Shown here piece after piece: positions 29,176 to 38,326 of a stretch of 38,895 bases of DNA (positions are counted from its first letter, which is position 1; each line of letters starts with the position of its first letter). Below the pieces are notes generated by a model. The model had not been told where the DNA came from. It made no database searches and saw only the letters and a list, made by a program, of their open reading frames with translations. The translations under genes and the position numbers were made by a program. Source of the DNA: a virus (Duplodnaviria; Caudoviricetes); IMG/VR virus record IMGVR_UViG_3300032212_000067, positions 1 to 38,895 of that record; one strand, written 5' to 3'.

Positions 29176-29230
29176 ACAGCACAAGTCCTATTCCTAATGT
29201 GTTTATGATGGCAATTTAAAAAAAAGACAA

Positions 29231-29575
29231 ATGAACTTTAAGAACTTATCAGAGAATTTAATAATAGTAATTGTTTCGGCATCATTAGGTGGTGTTATAG
29301 GATATACGGCTTCGACTAAAGCAAATAAGCAAGTAGTAACTCAATTAACGCCTACTATAGAAAAGGCTATTGATAAAGAAACTATAAAGAATGAGATTAA
29401 AAATGAAATTAAAATAGATAAGATTAAAAAATCTGATTCTATAAGAATAGTTTTAGACCCTACTAATAATCAAAAACCAATAAATGTAATTGGGGGTTGT
29501 TTTCACAAAGATAGTAGTGTTGTAGCCAACAAACATCTAACTAGAAAGCAAAAGAAAAGATTAGGTATTAAATAG
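29231..29575 (+). CDS. membrane-anchored protein (spanin-like candidate)
   Basis: N-terminal TM helix; last + strand gene. Confidence 0.45.
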   Translation: MNFKNLSENLIIVIVSASLGGVIGYTASTKANKQVVTQLTPTIEKAIDKETIKNEIKNEIKIDKIKKSDSIRIVLDPTNNQKPINVIGGCFHKDSSVVANKHLTRKQKKRLGIK

Positions 29576-29852
29576 CACTTAAAACACCCCTAGCAATTTT
29601 AACGGCTGCTTCTATTGATTGTTCATTTACACCATCCATAAAGCAAAGCCCATAAGCGGTATTAGAATCACAAATCAAGTCATTTCCCCTTTTGTAGAAA
29701 GTTCCGTCTAGTATTCTGTTATTTACTATGATGTTAAGATTTCCCATTATTCTATTAGTAGTTCTATTACGATACTTACCGAAACAATCAGCCAAAATAT
29801 AAGCCCGTTCTTGTCTTCTCCGTCTTTCATACCATGTCTTCAAAACTATCAT
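29568..29852 (-). CDS. hypothetical protein
   Basis: 94 aa, convergent with the late operon. Confidence 0.5.
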   Translation of the reverse strand: MIVLKTWYERRRRQERAYILADCFGKYRNRTTNRIMGNLNIIVNNRILDGTFYKRGNDLICDSNTAYGLCFMDGVNEQSIEAAVKIARGVLSAI

Positions 29853-29980
29853 TAATCACCTTTTGAATATCAGAAGGGATGTCTACCACTAAACCTATGG
29901 ATTCTTCAAAATTGAAATTAATATCCTTTTTTCCATTCTGAATAAGCCAATCATTAATTATATTGTTCTTATTGTATAAA

Positions 29981-30214
29981 CTAAAATTGAATTATAAAAT
30001 GCTTTCCTATCATCTTTAAATAAGGGTCGTTATTAGCTCTTAATCTAGCCTCCACTCCCTGAGGGCTTATCTTATTTATTTTTGCATATTCAGCCTTTGA
30101 AATGAACTTGTATTTTGTAACTAAAATTTTAGTCATTTCAAGTTCTTCAGTCATTGTAAATCTACCGCTGTCTATTGCTTTCTTGAATCTCTTAATGTTT
30201 TCAGTACTTTCCAT
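29981..30214 (-). CDS. small HTH-like (excisionase/MerR-type) DNA-binding candidate
   Basis: ISKAEYAKINKISPQGVEARLR followed by a beta-wing-like KMIGKHFII. Confidence 0.45.
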   Translation of the reverse strand: MESTENIKRFKKAIDSGRFTMTEELEMTKILVTKYKFISKAEYAKINKISPQGVEARLRANNDPYLKMIGKHFIIQF

Positions 30215-30303
30215 AGGTTTAATTTTGTAAGTAACGATATACCGTAGTTATGTACAAGCGCAATATCTGTACGCACTCAAAACGGTTATTTGCGCCAGTA
30301 CAT

Positions 30304-30711
30304 AACAATGCGTATAAAACATAGCTATGTAAGTGCTTAACCGTTTATTTAGTGCATATCTACCCATAATTAAATTATAAGGTTTGTACTCGTTCCATAA
30401 TATCGGTAACGTCTTGGTCGTTTTGATGCCCTAAAACATCGTCAGTTATAGGCGTGTTGTAAGTTAAAGAACCTTTATACATTACAGCTACTTCCCATAA
30501 GTTTGGGTATCCGTAAGAGCCATTAAATTTAACAACACTTACACCGTAATCATTATCAAAGTCCATTCTTGCTTGCACGCCATTACCTATTGGATGCGAT
30601 TTAAATTCTAAGTCTTTAAAAGTTTTCATTCTATTTTAATTTAATTATTAATTTCTGTTTTTATTCAAAAGTTTGTGCTTCGTAAACGCTACGTTTCATA
30701 CGCTAACCGTT
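30304..30711. repeat. A module enclosing an 84-aa gene
   Basis: AAC-aat-GCGTATAAAACATAGC ... GCTACGTTTCATACGC-taacc-GTT (14/16). Confidence 0.85.
30375..30629 (-). CDS. hypothetical phage protein
   Basis: F.NDYGVSVV...SYG...LWEVAV...TPITDDVLG; inside an A module. Confidence 0.75.
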   Translation of the reverse strand: MKTFKDLEFKSHPIGNGVQARMDFDNDYGVSVVKFNGSYGYPNLWEVAVMYKGSLTYNTPITDDVLGHQNDQDVTDIMERVQTL

Positions 30712-30712
30712 A

Positions 30713-31048
30713 TCAAAAATAATTTACTACTATCCACATCCAAATAAAGTGCATTACTTGGTCTACTACAAAATGACCCCAGGGCAAAGAGTTTTGCTTT
30801 AATTCGGTTTGAAACGAACCCATAGTTTTACACCACCATCCTACAAATGCAGTTCTATCTTGCAACCAATGTTGTACAGCTATCAAAGCTAATTGCAACC
30901 AACTTAATTCAGTCAATAAAAATGGGGTCATATAAAGCAAAACGTGCAGTGTGCATATCCAACTATTTTTCTTCTTTCCAACTGCTTGCCAGTCATTTTG
31001 TAGCAGAAAGTCGCCTATGAAGTGAGCGAGAACGTAAGGTAAATTCAT
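30713..31048 (-). CDS. DUF3307-like membrane protein
   Basis: AHFIGDFLLQ, H, H..QD, DQVMH motifs. Confidence 0.75.
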   Translation of the reverse strand: MNLPYVLAHFIGDFLLQNDWQAVGKKKNSWICTLHVLLYMTPFLLTELSWLQLALIAVQHWLQDRTAFVGWWCKTMGSFQTELKQNSLPWGHFVVDQVMHFIWMWIVVNYF

Positions 31049-31084
31049 CCGTAAATTACATTTGCTAACACCATATAAAATTAA

Positions 31085-31225
31085 TTACTTGGTGTTGGTT
31101 AATTTATTAAGTTTTTGCTCTAAAAAATTTAGATATTTAAAAGTGTTTTCTACAATCTCTTGTCTTTCCCCAGAGCTGGTTGCTTCCCAATAGTTTTTTA
31201 GAGTTAAATTTTTCGGCTTTTTCAT
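31085..31225 (-). CDS. small hypothetical protein (46 aa, not in ORF track)
   Basis: MKKPKNLTLKNYWEATSSGERQEIVENTFKYLNFLEQKLNKLTNTK; fills the loop of A module 31067-31282. Confidence 0.55.
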   Translation of the reverse strand: MKKPKNLTLKNYWEATSSGERQEIVENTFKYLNFLEQKLNKLTNTK

Positions 31226-31389
31226 TGTGTGTTTATTAATGTTTGAGTTTATCTTCCGTAACTAATCTTATATTTTAACGTTAATAGTTAATATTTGGCG
31301 TGTTCGTCGCTGTACTTTCAAACCTTTCGACTAAAACAAGGCGTTTATATTCCTTGTTGCGCTGGTACGATACGCCAAAAACTAACAAT

Positions 31390-32304
31390 AACACCGTATA
31401 TACGTAAAAAAGTAAAAGCCTTTGCGCTCTTCTTTAGCTTGTTTGCGCAAAAAGGTCGCCTTGTCTATTTTCATAGTTCGTTATTAATACTTCAGTTCGT
31501 CTGTTTTTTAAGTTATTACGTTCACCAATTACAATGATATTTAAACCACGTTTTTCTGCTTGTTCAATAATGAATGGTTGATTAAATTCACTTATTGCAA
31601 ATAAACATTTAGATTCTACCAACAAATCAAATAAATCAATACTATCTTGTTCTTTAAAACTATCGCTATAATTATCTTTAGTTTCTAAATAAGGTGGGTC
31701 GCAATAGATTAGTGTTTGTGCTTCTTGGTTTCTGCCATCTTGTATAAATCCTATTTTTTTTACAACTTCTCTAAAATCGCAATTCATTATTTTAACAGAA
31801 CTTAATTTATCAAATGTTAAGTCTATATTATCAATTAAATTTTGTTTTGGATTATCAGTTGTTCCCATTCTTAAACTTCCACCATTACCATGTAAAGTGC
31901 AATTACTAATAAACAAGAATCTTATTGCTTTTAAAATATTGTCTTGTTCTTGATTTTCCTTCCAGTAAGTTAAAATTTGTTGGTCTAAAGGTGTTTTTAT
32001 AAACTTCTCAACTAATTCGTTCTTATTGTTTTTTACTGTTAGCCATAAATTAAAAACATCAGAATCTAAATCATTTAGAAAGTTATATTTAACCATTGGC
32101 TTATTAAAGAACATTCCACCTGCACCAAAAAAAGGCTCAATATAAATTTTATGTGGAGGAAAATGCTTTTGTATTTCCTTTGCAATTTTCTTCTTGTTTC
32201 CTAATCTTCTTAAAATCATATTTTCTTACTGTTATAAATATTTGGGTTTTGCAAACCCATTGCCATCTTCTTTTTTTACTTTTCTACGTATATACGAATA
32301 CGTT
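31390..32304. repeat. A module enclosing the adenine methyltransferase
   Basis: GTATATACGTAAAAAAGTAAAA / TTTTACTTTTCTACGTATATAC (21/22) about 900 bp apart. Confidence 0.9.
31434..32219 (-). CDS. DNA adenine methyltransferase (Dam/D12 class)
   Basis: GNK, YIEPFFGAGG, NDLD, YCDPPY, EVLITNY. Confidence 0.92.
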   Translation of the reverse strand: MILRRLGNKKKIAKEIQKHFPPHKIYIEPFFGAGGMFFNKPMVKYNFLNDLDSDVFNLWLTVKNNKNELVEKFIKTPLDQQILTYWKENQEQDNILKAIRFLFISNCTLHGNGGSLRMGTTDNPKQNLIDNIDLTFDKLSSVKIMNCDFREVVKKIGFIQDGRNQEAQTLIYCDPPYLETKDNYSDSFKEQDSIDLFDLLVESKCLFAISEFNQPFIIEQAEKRGLNIIVIGERNNLKNRRTEVLITNYENRQGDLFAQTS

Positions 32305-32441
32305 ATGTGTAATGGTGGTTTAAGTTTGTTGCAGTTCGTTTCACAATCCTCATTGCCAACGTATTTTCGCTAGACTAGACTAGTGCATTAAAACCACCAC
32401 TACAAGCGCAAAAAAGCGCACATAACAAAGTGTATAATTAA

Positions 32442-32726
32442 TTAAAAAAGGTCTGTGATTACTCTATCAACAGAAGGTTTTAATAATTTAAACATTTCAG
32501 CCTTATTTGGGTCAACGTCTTTTTCCTCTACTGTAAACCAGAACAAAACCGCTAATGTTATTCCTACTTTGTCCGCAATTTTTTCTAAAACTTCGGTACT
32601 TGGTTTTTTCTTGTTATTTTCAATTCCAGATAAATAACTTTGTGTTATTCCTACAAGTTCACAAAATTGCTTTTGGTTTAAGCCTTTGTTCTTTCTTACT
32701 GTTTTTACTGCTTTTCCTATGTTCAT
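32442..32726 (-). CDS. XRE-family HTH regulator
   Basis: IGKAVKTVRKNKGLNQKQFCELVGITQSYLSGIENNKKKPS. Confidence 0.9.
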   Translation of the reverse strand: MNIGKAVKTVRKNKGLNQKQFCELVGITQSYLSGIENNKKKPSTEVLEKIADKVGITLAVLFWFTVEEKDVDPNKAEMFKLLKPSVDRVITDLF

Positions 32727-32752
32727 TATATAAAAATGTTTAAATTATTAAC

Positions 32753-32783
32753 CAAAGGTAATATATTATTTCCAATGGCACAA
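32753..32783 (-). promoter_or_regulatory. Bacteroidota housekeeping-type promoter for the XRE gene
   Basis: - strand TTG (32783-32781), N20, TACCTTTG (32760-32753). Confidence 0.6.
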
Positions 32784-32993
32784 GTTTTAACCCATTTTTT
32801 TAACTAATCATACACAACAACGTTCACGGGCATAACCTCAGCACGGCAACCTCAACTCACTAACGTTCGACTTCGGTAGCCTTAGCTTCACATACGAGAA
32901 ACAAAACTACTTTCATCCGTTTTCCTTATTTCTCTAATGCCCGTGAACGAAGCGCAGATACAGAAAAAAGGGGCGAGCAATGCTACGCATTGA

Positions 32994-33623
32994 CTAAAAA
33001 TCAACTAACTCATACTGTAAAATAAGTTCCTTTATAACTCTATCAACTTTCTGACAATTATCAGTTATTTGAAACATCGCAGGCTCATTGTAAAGGTTGT
33101 CAACCGTAAATGGAACACCTAAAACCTCACTAGAGTCTTTTTCAAATCCTCTCTCTTCAACAATCCAAATAGAACCTTTATCACAACTCATAGTATGAAA
33201 GTCGAAAGTTCCTAAGTGAAGTTTAGAGCCGACAGGTAGCCTACATTCTTTCGCCTTTACCTCAACTTCCTTGACGTAATTCAAGCCATTACCACCATTT
33301 AAAACACTCTTGTAATTAAACAATGACATAATTAACCCACCACTATACAAAGCGTTTGAATCTGAATTTGTTTCAGCGGTATGATGTGTAATATTTCCTT
33401 TTAACGTAGTTATAGTTACGGGGTATCTATGAGTATGGTACTGCACATCAAAAGGCTTTAATTTCTTGTGAGCAATAAAAATCCTTGTCAATTTGCCAAA
33501 CTCTGTACCATCTATTACTAAAGAAAAAACGCCTTTTGCATGAACATTTCTCATTGAAAATTTTAGGCTTTCGTTGTTTGGCTTATTCATCTTTTCCAAG
33601 ATGGTTTTTAAAAATTCTTTCAT
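32994..33623 (-). CDS. hypothetical protein, possible cupin fold
   Basis: YHTHRY...LKG...FHTM...WIVEE pattern. Confidence 0.6.
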   Translation of the reverse strand: MKEFLKTILEKMNKPNNESLKFSMRNVHAKGVFSLVIDGTEFGKLTRIFIAHKKLKPFDVQYHTHRYPVTITTLKGNITHHTAETNSDSNALYSGGLIMSLFNYKSVLNGGNGLNYVKEVEVKAKECRLPVGSKLHLGTFDFHTMSCDKGSIWIVEERGFEKDSSEVLGVPFTVDNLYNEPAMFQITDNCQKVDRVIKELILQYELVDF

Positions 33624-33829
33624 AATCAGTATTTAAGTGAGCATACTTGCCCGTTTAGTTTCTAATTGTATGTGCGTTACGACCCGTGAACACTAGATAT
33701 TTTTCCATTGCCTACGGCAAGCCCCTTTTTTCTGTCTGTCGCCTTTCGTACTTTCCGCAATACAAATGAATTTGATTGCTCTCGTACACGGCAACAGAAC
33801 ATATCTGCGCTTCGTTGTAAGTAATAAAA

Positions 33830-34132
33830 TCACTTTACTACTTTTATTTTTATAACATTGGTAAACATTTCATTTACTTGTTCAATATCATTCACCTTTA
33901 CTATTTTGGTTTCTTTAGTGCTATAATCGTCTAATAGTGCGTGTCCGCTATCGTGCCATTTTAAGTAAGTAACAGAAACAGTGATTTTACTACTCACAAC
34001 ACTGTATATACTTAATTGCTTTAATAGATAATCTACAAACTCATCGCTATAAGTACCGCTTGGTAACATTTGCCCATTCCCATCATAAATGCTATTTCCT
34101 GTTTCTAATTCGTATTTGTGTTTAAAGTCCAT
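33830..34132 (-). CDS. chimeric A/B-module protein
   Basis: Crosses junction 33998-34000 (LSIYS-V-VSS). Confidence 0.7.
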   Translation of the reverse strand: MDFKHKYELETGNSIYDGNGQMLPSGTYSDEFVDYLLKQLSIYSVVSSKITVSVTYLKWHDSGHALLDDYSTKETKIVKVNDIEQVNEMFTNVIKIKVVK

Positions 34133-34292
34133 TACTGTCTATTTAATTTATTACTAATTTCACGCAACTAAGCATATACTTTAACGTTGTAGTTAACCCT
34201 TCGGGTCGGCTGAAAAGCCTTAACCACAACACTGTATAACACCCATACTAAAGGTAGTTGCCTAATCGATGTTAGGTGCTTATCATCAATAA

Positions 34293-34613
34293 TTAAACAT
34301 TTTTTGCCAACGCTCTTTTAAACTCTCTCATTAATTGTCGCCATTCATTTAATTTTTCATCATCTGCTTTATCAAAGTTTTTTATATCATTTTCATATTT
34401 CCATTCCAGACCAGTCAGTGCATCTTCAAAGGCGTTTAAGAAGTCTTTAGAATAAGCAATCAATATTGCATTATGATACGCTTCTACTTCACCGCCAACA
34501 CCAGGCCATACAGTTGTATTGCACACTGTAGCATTTTCGTTTCCTATTCCATATTGCTTCATAGGTCTTCTACTTACAATATTCCATTTGCCTTTAGTTC
34601 CTTTAAATTCCAT
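34293..34613 (-). CDS. hypothetical phage protein
   Basis: MEFKGTKGKW...NAILIA motif; inside A module 34228-34697. Confidence 0.75.
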   Translation of the reverse strand: MEFKGTKGKWNIVSRRPMKQYGIGNENATVCNTTVWPGVGGEVEAYHNAILIAYSKDFLNAFEDALTGLEWKYENDIKNFDKADDEKLNEWRQLMREFKRALAKNV

Positions 34614-34707
34614 CGCTTAAAATGTTTAATTATTTAGATTCGTTTTTTAATTTGAAAGTCGTTTTGTGTTTGCCGTACGGGTGTTATACTAAACGTTGTG
34701 TGTAATA

Positions 34708-34917
34708 CTAACAACTACCATATCTAAAACTCCCAAATCCTTCACCATCGTATTCTTCATCTATAAAGAATCCAAGTTTATCAAGTTCTTCAATATCTTC
34801 CTTGCTTACTAACTCAGGGTTTATGTCTACATAAAAGTAGTCGTGTTCACAATGGCTTGGATTTCTTGGATTGCCATATTTTAAAAGGATTTGTAATGCT
34901 TTTATTAAATCTTCCAT
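34708..34917 (-). CDS. hypothetical protein
   Basis: Likely start MEDLIKALQILLKYGN at 34917; PSHCEHD; frame is open back to the junction GTT at 34959. Confidence 0.7.
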   Translation of the reverse strand: MEDLIKALQILLKYGNPRNPSHCEHDYFYVDINPELVSKEDIEELDKLGFFIDEEYDGEGFGSFRYGSC

Positions 34918-34956
34918 CTTTCTATTTAGTTTGCGGCTTAATACCGTACTACACAC

Positions 34957-35044
34957 AACAATGTATATAGTTTATAAGCCTAATTAATATTCGTTTTTAA
35001 TTGTAAATTTCTGCTATGGCTTACAAAACCATATACTCAACGTT
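34957..35044. repeat. empty 88-bp attC-sized A module
   Basis: AAC-aat-GTATATAGTTTATAAGCC ... GGCTTACAAAACCATATAC-tcaac-GTT. Confidence 0.8.
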
Positions 35045-35054
35045 GTAGATAATA

Positions 35055-35342
35055 TTACTTTTTATTCATTTCTTCTTGTAGTTTTTTACCAATTTCTTGC
35101 AACCTTTCAACTCTTTGTTTATCCCAAAGTAATAGCCTAACATTTGTTTTTTTACCGTTTACATAAGTATCTACATATCCTTTATCATCTACTTCACCAC
35201 AAGTAATACTATCAACAACAAAAGGTATAGTGCATTGCTCTATCTCGTTTATCAAGTCTTGCTTGTCGTGCCAAGTACTTATATGGTCTTGGTCGTTATC
35301 AAACCGCCAATATTGGTTTATCAAATTAATTATTTTTCTCAT
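35055..35342 (-). CDS. chimeric A/B-module protein
   Basis: Crosses junction 35217-35219 (CTIPF-V-VDS). Confidence 0.7.
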   Translation of the reverse strand: MRKIINLINQYWRFDNDQDHISTWHDKQDLINEIEQCTIPFVVDSITCGEVDDKGYVDTYVNGKKTNVRLLLWDKQRVERLQEIGKKLQEEMNKK

Positions 35343-35399
35343 CAGTATATATTTATTAAAATCTGTTCTTAATTCCGCAACACACCATACCTAAACACG

Positions 35400-35912
35400 T
35401 TATATGCAATTATTTAAAATTGCCACCGCACCGTCAACCATATTGTCAGTTAATCCTATTTCGCTGTTTGTATTAAGGTAGTGGGCTTTTTGTTCTAATA
35501 ACATATCAGTATCATCATCAAGTATCACGTAAGTAAAATCCTTTCCCAGCTCTTTTCTTTCCCAATTCTTTCCGTTGTCAGAATGTATGTGCGTATCTAT
35601 CCATTGTTTTATCTCAACACCTCTTGGTATAGATAGGTGTATTCCTGTTCCTTTTTCAAGGTATTGATAGGCTCTAATTGTTACGCCTATCAAGCTATCA
35701 TTATACAAGAAACCTTCATTTTTCATATGTTCTTTAGTCCTTTCTAAAGTCGCATATCGCCAAGAAGAAGATAAAACAATTTTAGCCTGTGTTTGGTCAA
35801 GTATTTTACCAAGTAACTTTTGTTTCTCATCAGACAAAGCCCACAATCCATCTTTTAAACAGCTCGGCACTGCTAAAACGCCATCTATGTCTAAGAATAT
35901 AATTTTTTCCAT
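35400..35912 (-). CDS. HAD-domain phosphatase (Swiss Army Knife RNA-repair-like HAD family)
   Basis: FLDIDGVL, IVLSSSWR, RGVEIKQW, YVILDDD; likely start ATG 35912. Confidence 0.85.
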   Translation of the reverse strand: MEKIIFLDIDGVLAVPSCLKDGLWALSDEKQKLLGKILDQTQAKIVLSSSWRYATLERTKEHMKNEGFLYNDSLIGVTIRAYQYLEKGTGIHLSIPRGVEIKQWIDTHIHSDNGKNWERKELGKDFTYVILDDDTDMLLEQKAHYLNTNSEIGLTDNMVDGAVAILNNCI

Positions 35913-35990
35913 CGCTAAAATTTTAAATAACAGTTCGCTTCGCCATATAACAACGGCTAAATCAGCATTGAAAAGCAGTTTAGCCAAACG

Positions 35991-36287
35991 TTAGTGTGCA
36001 TAGTCTTTACATTCTATTGGCATATCCAGTTCAGCGGTGTTTGTTATTCCATCCCAATGGTTCATGCTACACCAAAATTCTGGGTATGGTTGGTCATGTT
36101 GCGGGCTTTCATAGTGCATATTTTTACATTTTCCGCAACTACGCACACTAACACTATCTATAGCTAATTGCGCTTCGAGGTCGTTTATTAACTCTAGGGT
36201 TTTAGTTATTAGAATTTCTTCACGTTCTGTTGTGAATTTTGGTTTTTCAGTTCCAGTTAATTTGTATAATAATTCTTCTCTTGTCAT
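35991..36287 (-). CDS. chimeric A/B-module protein, Cys-rich C-terminus
   Basis: Crosses junction 36150-36152 (LAIDS-V-SVRSCGKC). Confidence 0.7.
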   Translation of the reverse strand: MTREELLYKLTGTEKPKFTTEREEILITKTLELINDLEAQLAIDSVSVRSCGKCKNMHYESPQHDQPYPEFWCSMNHWDGITNTAELDMPIECKDYAH

Positions 36288-36422
36288 AATTTATTAAGGT
36301 TTGTGATTAATCGGCAACTAGCCATAGATTTAACGTTGTAGGTAATGGCGCATACGTGTTACTCACTCATACGCTTTAGGTGCGCCACTACCCACAACAC
36401 GGTATATAATTAAAAAATAATA

Positions 36423-36614
36423 CTACTCTTCGTCAAGTATTACAACTTCATCACGCGAAAGAACTTCACCGTTTGGCTCTTCCATAAAGTTTATTTCCTG
36501 TTTGCTAACGGAGTTTAAAAGTCCGTATGTAAATTCAGTTTTTCGCTCTGCCATAAATACTTCCATATTTTCAGGGTATTGGCTTAATGTTTCTATCAGT
36601 TTTTTTACTGTCAT
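36423..36614 (-). CDS. hypothetical phage protein
   Basis: MTVKKLIETLSQYPENMEV N-terminus; inside an A module. Confidence 0.75.
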   Translation of the reverse strand: MTVKKLIETLSQYPENMEVFMAERKTEFTYGLLNSVSKQEINFMEEPNGEVLSRDEVVILDEE

Positions 36615-36678
36615 AATTTTAGTTTTTTAATCCGTATTATTTTCAAATCATATACCATCAACGTTGTAGTGCATTGTG

Positions 36679-36942
36679 CTAATAGCTAAAGTATTTACCG
36701 CATTTGCATTTTATTTGCCTGTCTGTGATGAATGTCAAATCTTTAAATTTATGTTCGCACAACGTACCCTTCGGCACAACAACAACGGGTATATCCAAAT
36801 TATTTACTTGCTCTTGTGCAAACGATACAATTTTGTGAGCCGTGTCAAATCTATTTCCAATAATTTTCCCTTCAATAATTTCTAAATTATCGTCTAATAT
36901 AGATAAAGCTTTATTAAATAGAATTTCGTATTCAGTAGTCAT
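36679..36942 (-). CDS. chimeric A/B-module protein (MTTEY N-terminus, variant 1)
   Basis: Crosses junction 36781-36783; C-terminus CEH...CKCG. Confidence 0.75.
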   Translation of the reverse strand: MTTEYEILFNKALSILDDNLEIIEGKIIGNRFDTAHKIVSFAQEQVNNLDIPVVVVPKGTLCEHKFKDLTFITDRQIKCKCGKYFSY

Positions 36943-36992
36943 AATCTTGTATTTTTTAATCCGTAAATAATCAGTACATACCCTCGAACGTT
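36781..36992. repeat. 212-bp A module, copy 1
   Basis: Direct repeat of 38517-38728, 15 differences by manual count. Confidence 0.95.
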
Positions 36993-37004
36993 GTAGAACA
37001 TAAC

Positions 37005-37241
37005 TTACTCAGTTTGTTTTGCATCCCAACAAGGGTAGCATAATCCAACATTTAAGTCGTGTGTCTTTCTTCCGCATTTACAGGTAAGTGACGGCTCTAC
37101 AACATTGGGTATAGATAATACCTCAAGTTCGTACATTATAATAGCGTTTTCATCTATTGCTCTTATCTTATCTTCAATCTGTTTTCTTTGCTCAAGAAGT
37201 TGTTTTACTTCTTTATCTTCTGTAATATTTGTCCAGTCCAT
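37005..37241 (-). CDS. chimeric A/B-module protein, Cys-rich C-terminus
   Basis: Crosses junction 37101-37103 (LSIPN-V-VEP); CKCG...CYPC. Confidence 0.7.
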   Translation of the reverse strand: MDWTNITEDKEVKQLLEQRKQIEDKIRAIDENAIIMYELEVLSIPNVVEPSLTCKCGRKTHDLNVGLCYPCWDAKQTE

Positions 37242-37291
37242 TTTTATAAAGTTTCAGGTCAATAAATCGGTACTATCCATACCCTTGTCCG

Positions 37292-37936
37292 TTAGCCACA
37301 AGCTGATACGTCCTCGCTTTTAATGAAGTTTCCCCATTGTTCAGCCATAGCTTTTGCAATTCCGCTAAAAGTTTTACTGCTTTCCTTTTGGCTTATGTTC
37401 TTAAATTGGTATTTCTGTCCTCGTTTCTTACCACCTGTATTACTTGGTAAGTACGGCTTATAGTCGCTTACTATTTCGGTTGGGCTTAATAGTGGTAAAT
37501 TTTTAAGCCACAGCAGGGTTCTTTTGCTATAAGGGTGTCCGTACTCGTAGGGTTGTACCGCTTGGCTTTGTTTAGGTAATCCAACTACTTTTAATGGTGT
37601 TGGGTTCTCAACCGCAATATAAGGTATTGGAGCGTTCAATAGTTTCATAAACAAATCCTTCGCTTCCATTGCTTTATTAAATCGTTCTTGGCTTAAATTC
37701 CCTGCTGTTGGGTACATCCATCTTGCACCTGCTCTACTAATATAAGTACAAGGTGGGTGTGCTATCATTAAGTCATATTTACCACTATACGCTTCCGCAA
37801 CTGCATCGCCCTTTATATGCCATTCAGGTTTATCGCCACTACATTCTTGTATGTCACAGCTATAAGCCTCAAATCCTAATTCTCGGAAAGCCTTACAAAC
37901 TTCTTGGCTCTCTTCACAAGCTATTAATATTTTCAT
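37292..37936 (-). CDS. phage C5 DNA cytosine methyltransferase-like protein
   Basis: ILIACEES, DLMIAHPPC, VENP, K.TLLWL, GIAKAMAEQWG. Confidence 0.75.
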   Translation of the reverse strand: MKILIACEESQEVCKAFRELGFEAYSCDIQECSGDKPEWHIKGDAVAEAYSGKYDLMIAHPPCTYISRAGARWMYPTAGNLSQERFNKAMEAKDLFMKLLNAPIPYIAVENPTPLKVVGLPKQSQAVQPYEYGHPYSKRTLLWLKNLPLLSPTEIVSDYKPYLPSNTGGKKRGQKYQFKNISQKESSKTFSGIAKAMAEQWGNFIKSEDVSACG

Positions 37937-38122
37937 TTTATTTAATTTTAGTTCTTAATTTACCGCAGCCAGATGGCTAACAACGGCTATATGTCCATAT
38001 TCCTATCGTCATACGGCACATAACCAAACCGTTGTAAAACATTAAAACGATTTTACAACACGCTATATAAATAATGCTTGGTTTCGTGCTATAATTAAAG
38101 TTTAATGCTTTTAATTCCATAA

Positions 38123-38326
38123 TTAATATTTAAAAAATTGGTATTTAGGTTTAAATTTAAAAATACTTTCTGCTGTTCTTATTATCCAAACTCGGTAATA
38201 CCTTAGTGCTTCTTCTTTAGTCTTTCCGTTTGGGTCTAAGTAGTTTCCAGTATCAACATAATATTTACCATTCCTTTCAAAGAACTTTATTTTTCGTCTG
38301 CATTTTTTAAGAAGTTTCGTTTTCAT
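38123..38326 (-). CDS. small basic hypothetical protein
   Basis: 67 aa inside A module 38057-38406. Confidence 0.65.
   Translation of the reverse strand: MKTKLLKKCRRKIKFFERNGKYYVDTGNYLDPNGKTKEEALRYYRVWIIRTAESIFKFKPKYQFFKY

Noticed and set aside
29177-29206. Fourth late-promoter copy (CAGCAC-N16-GTGTT)
   Set aside because: Two mismatches, different spacing, and no gene start at the fixed distance
35913-35987. TTG-started N-terminal extension of the HAD ORF
   Set aside because: It runs through an empty hairpin; the HAD motif begins right after ATG 35912. The open frame is reported as a finding instead
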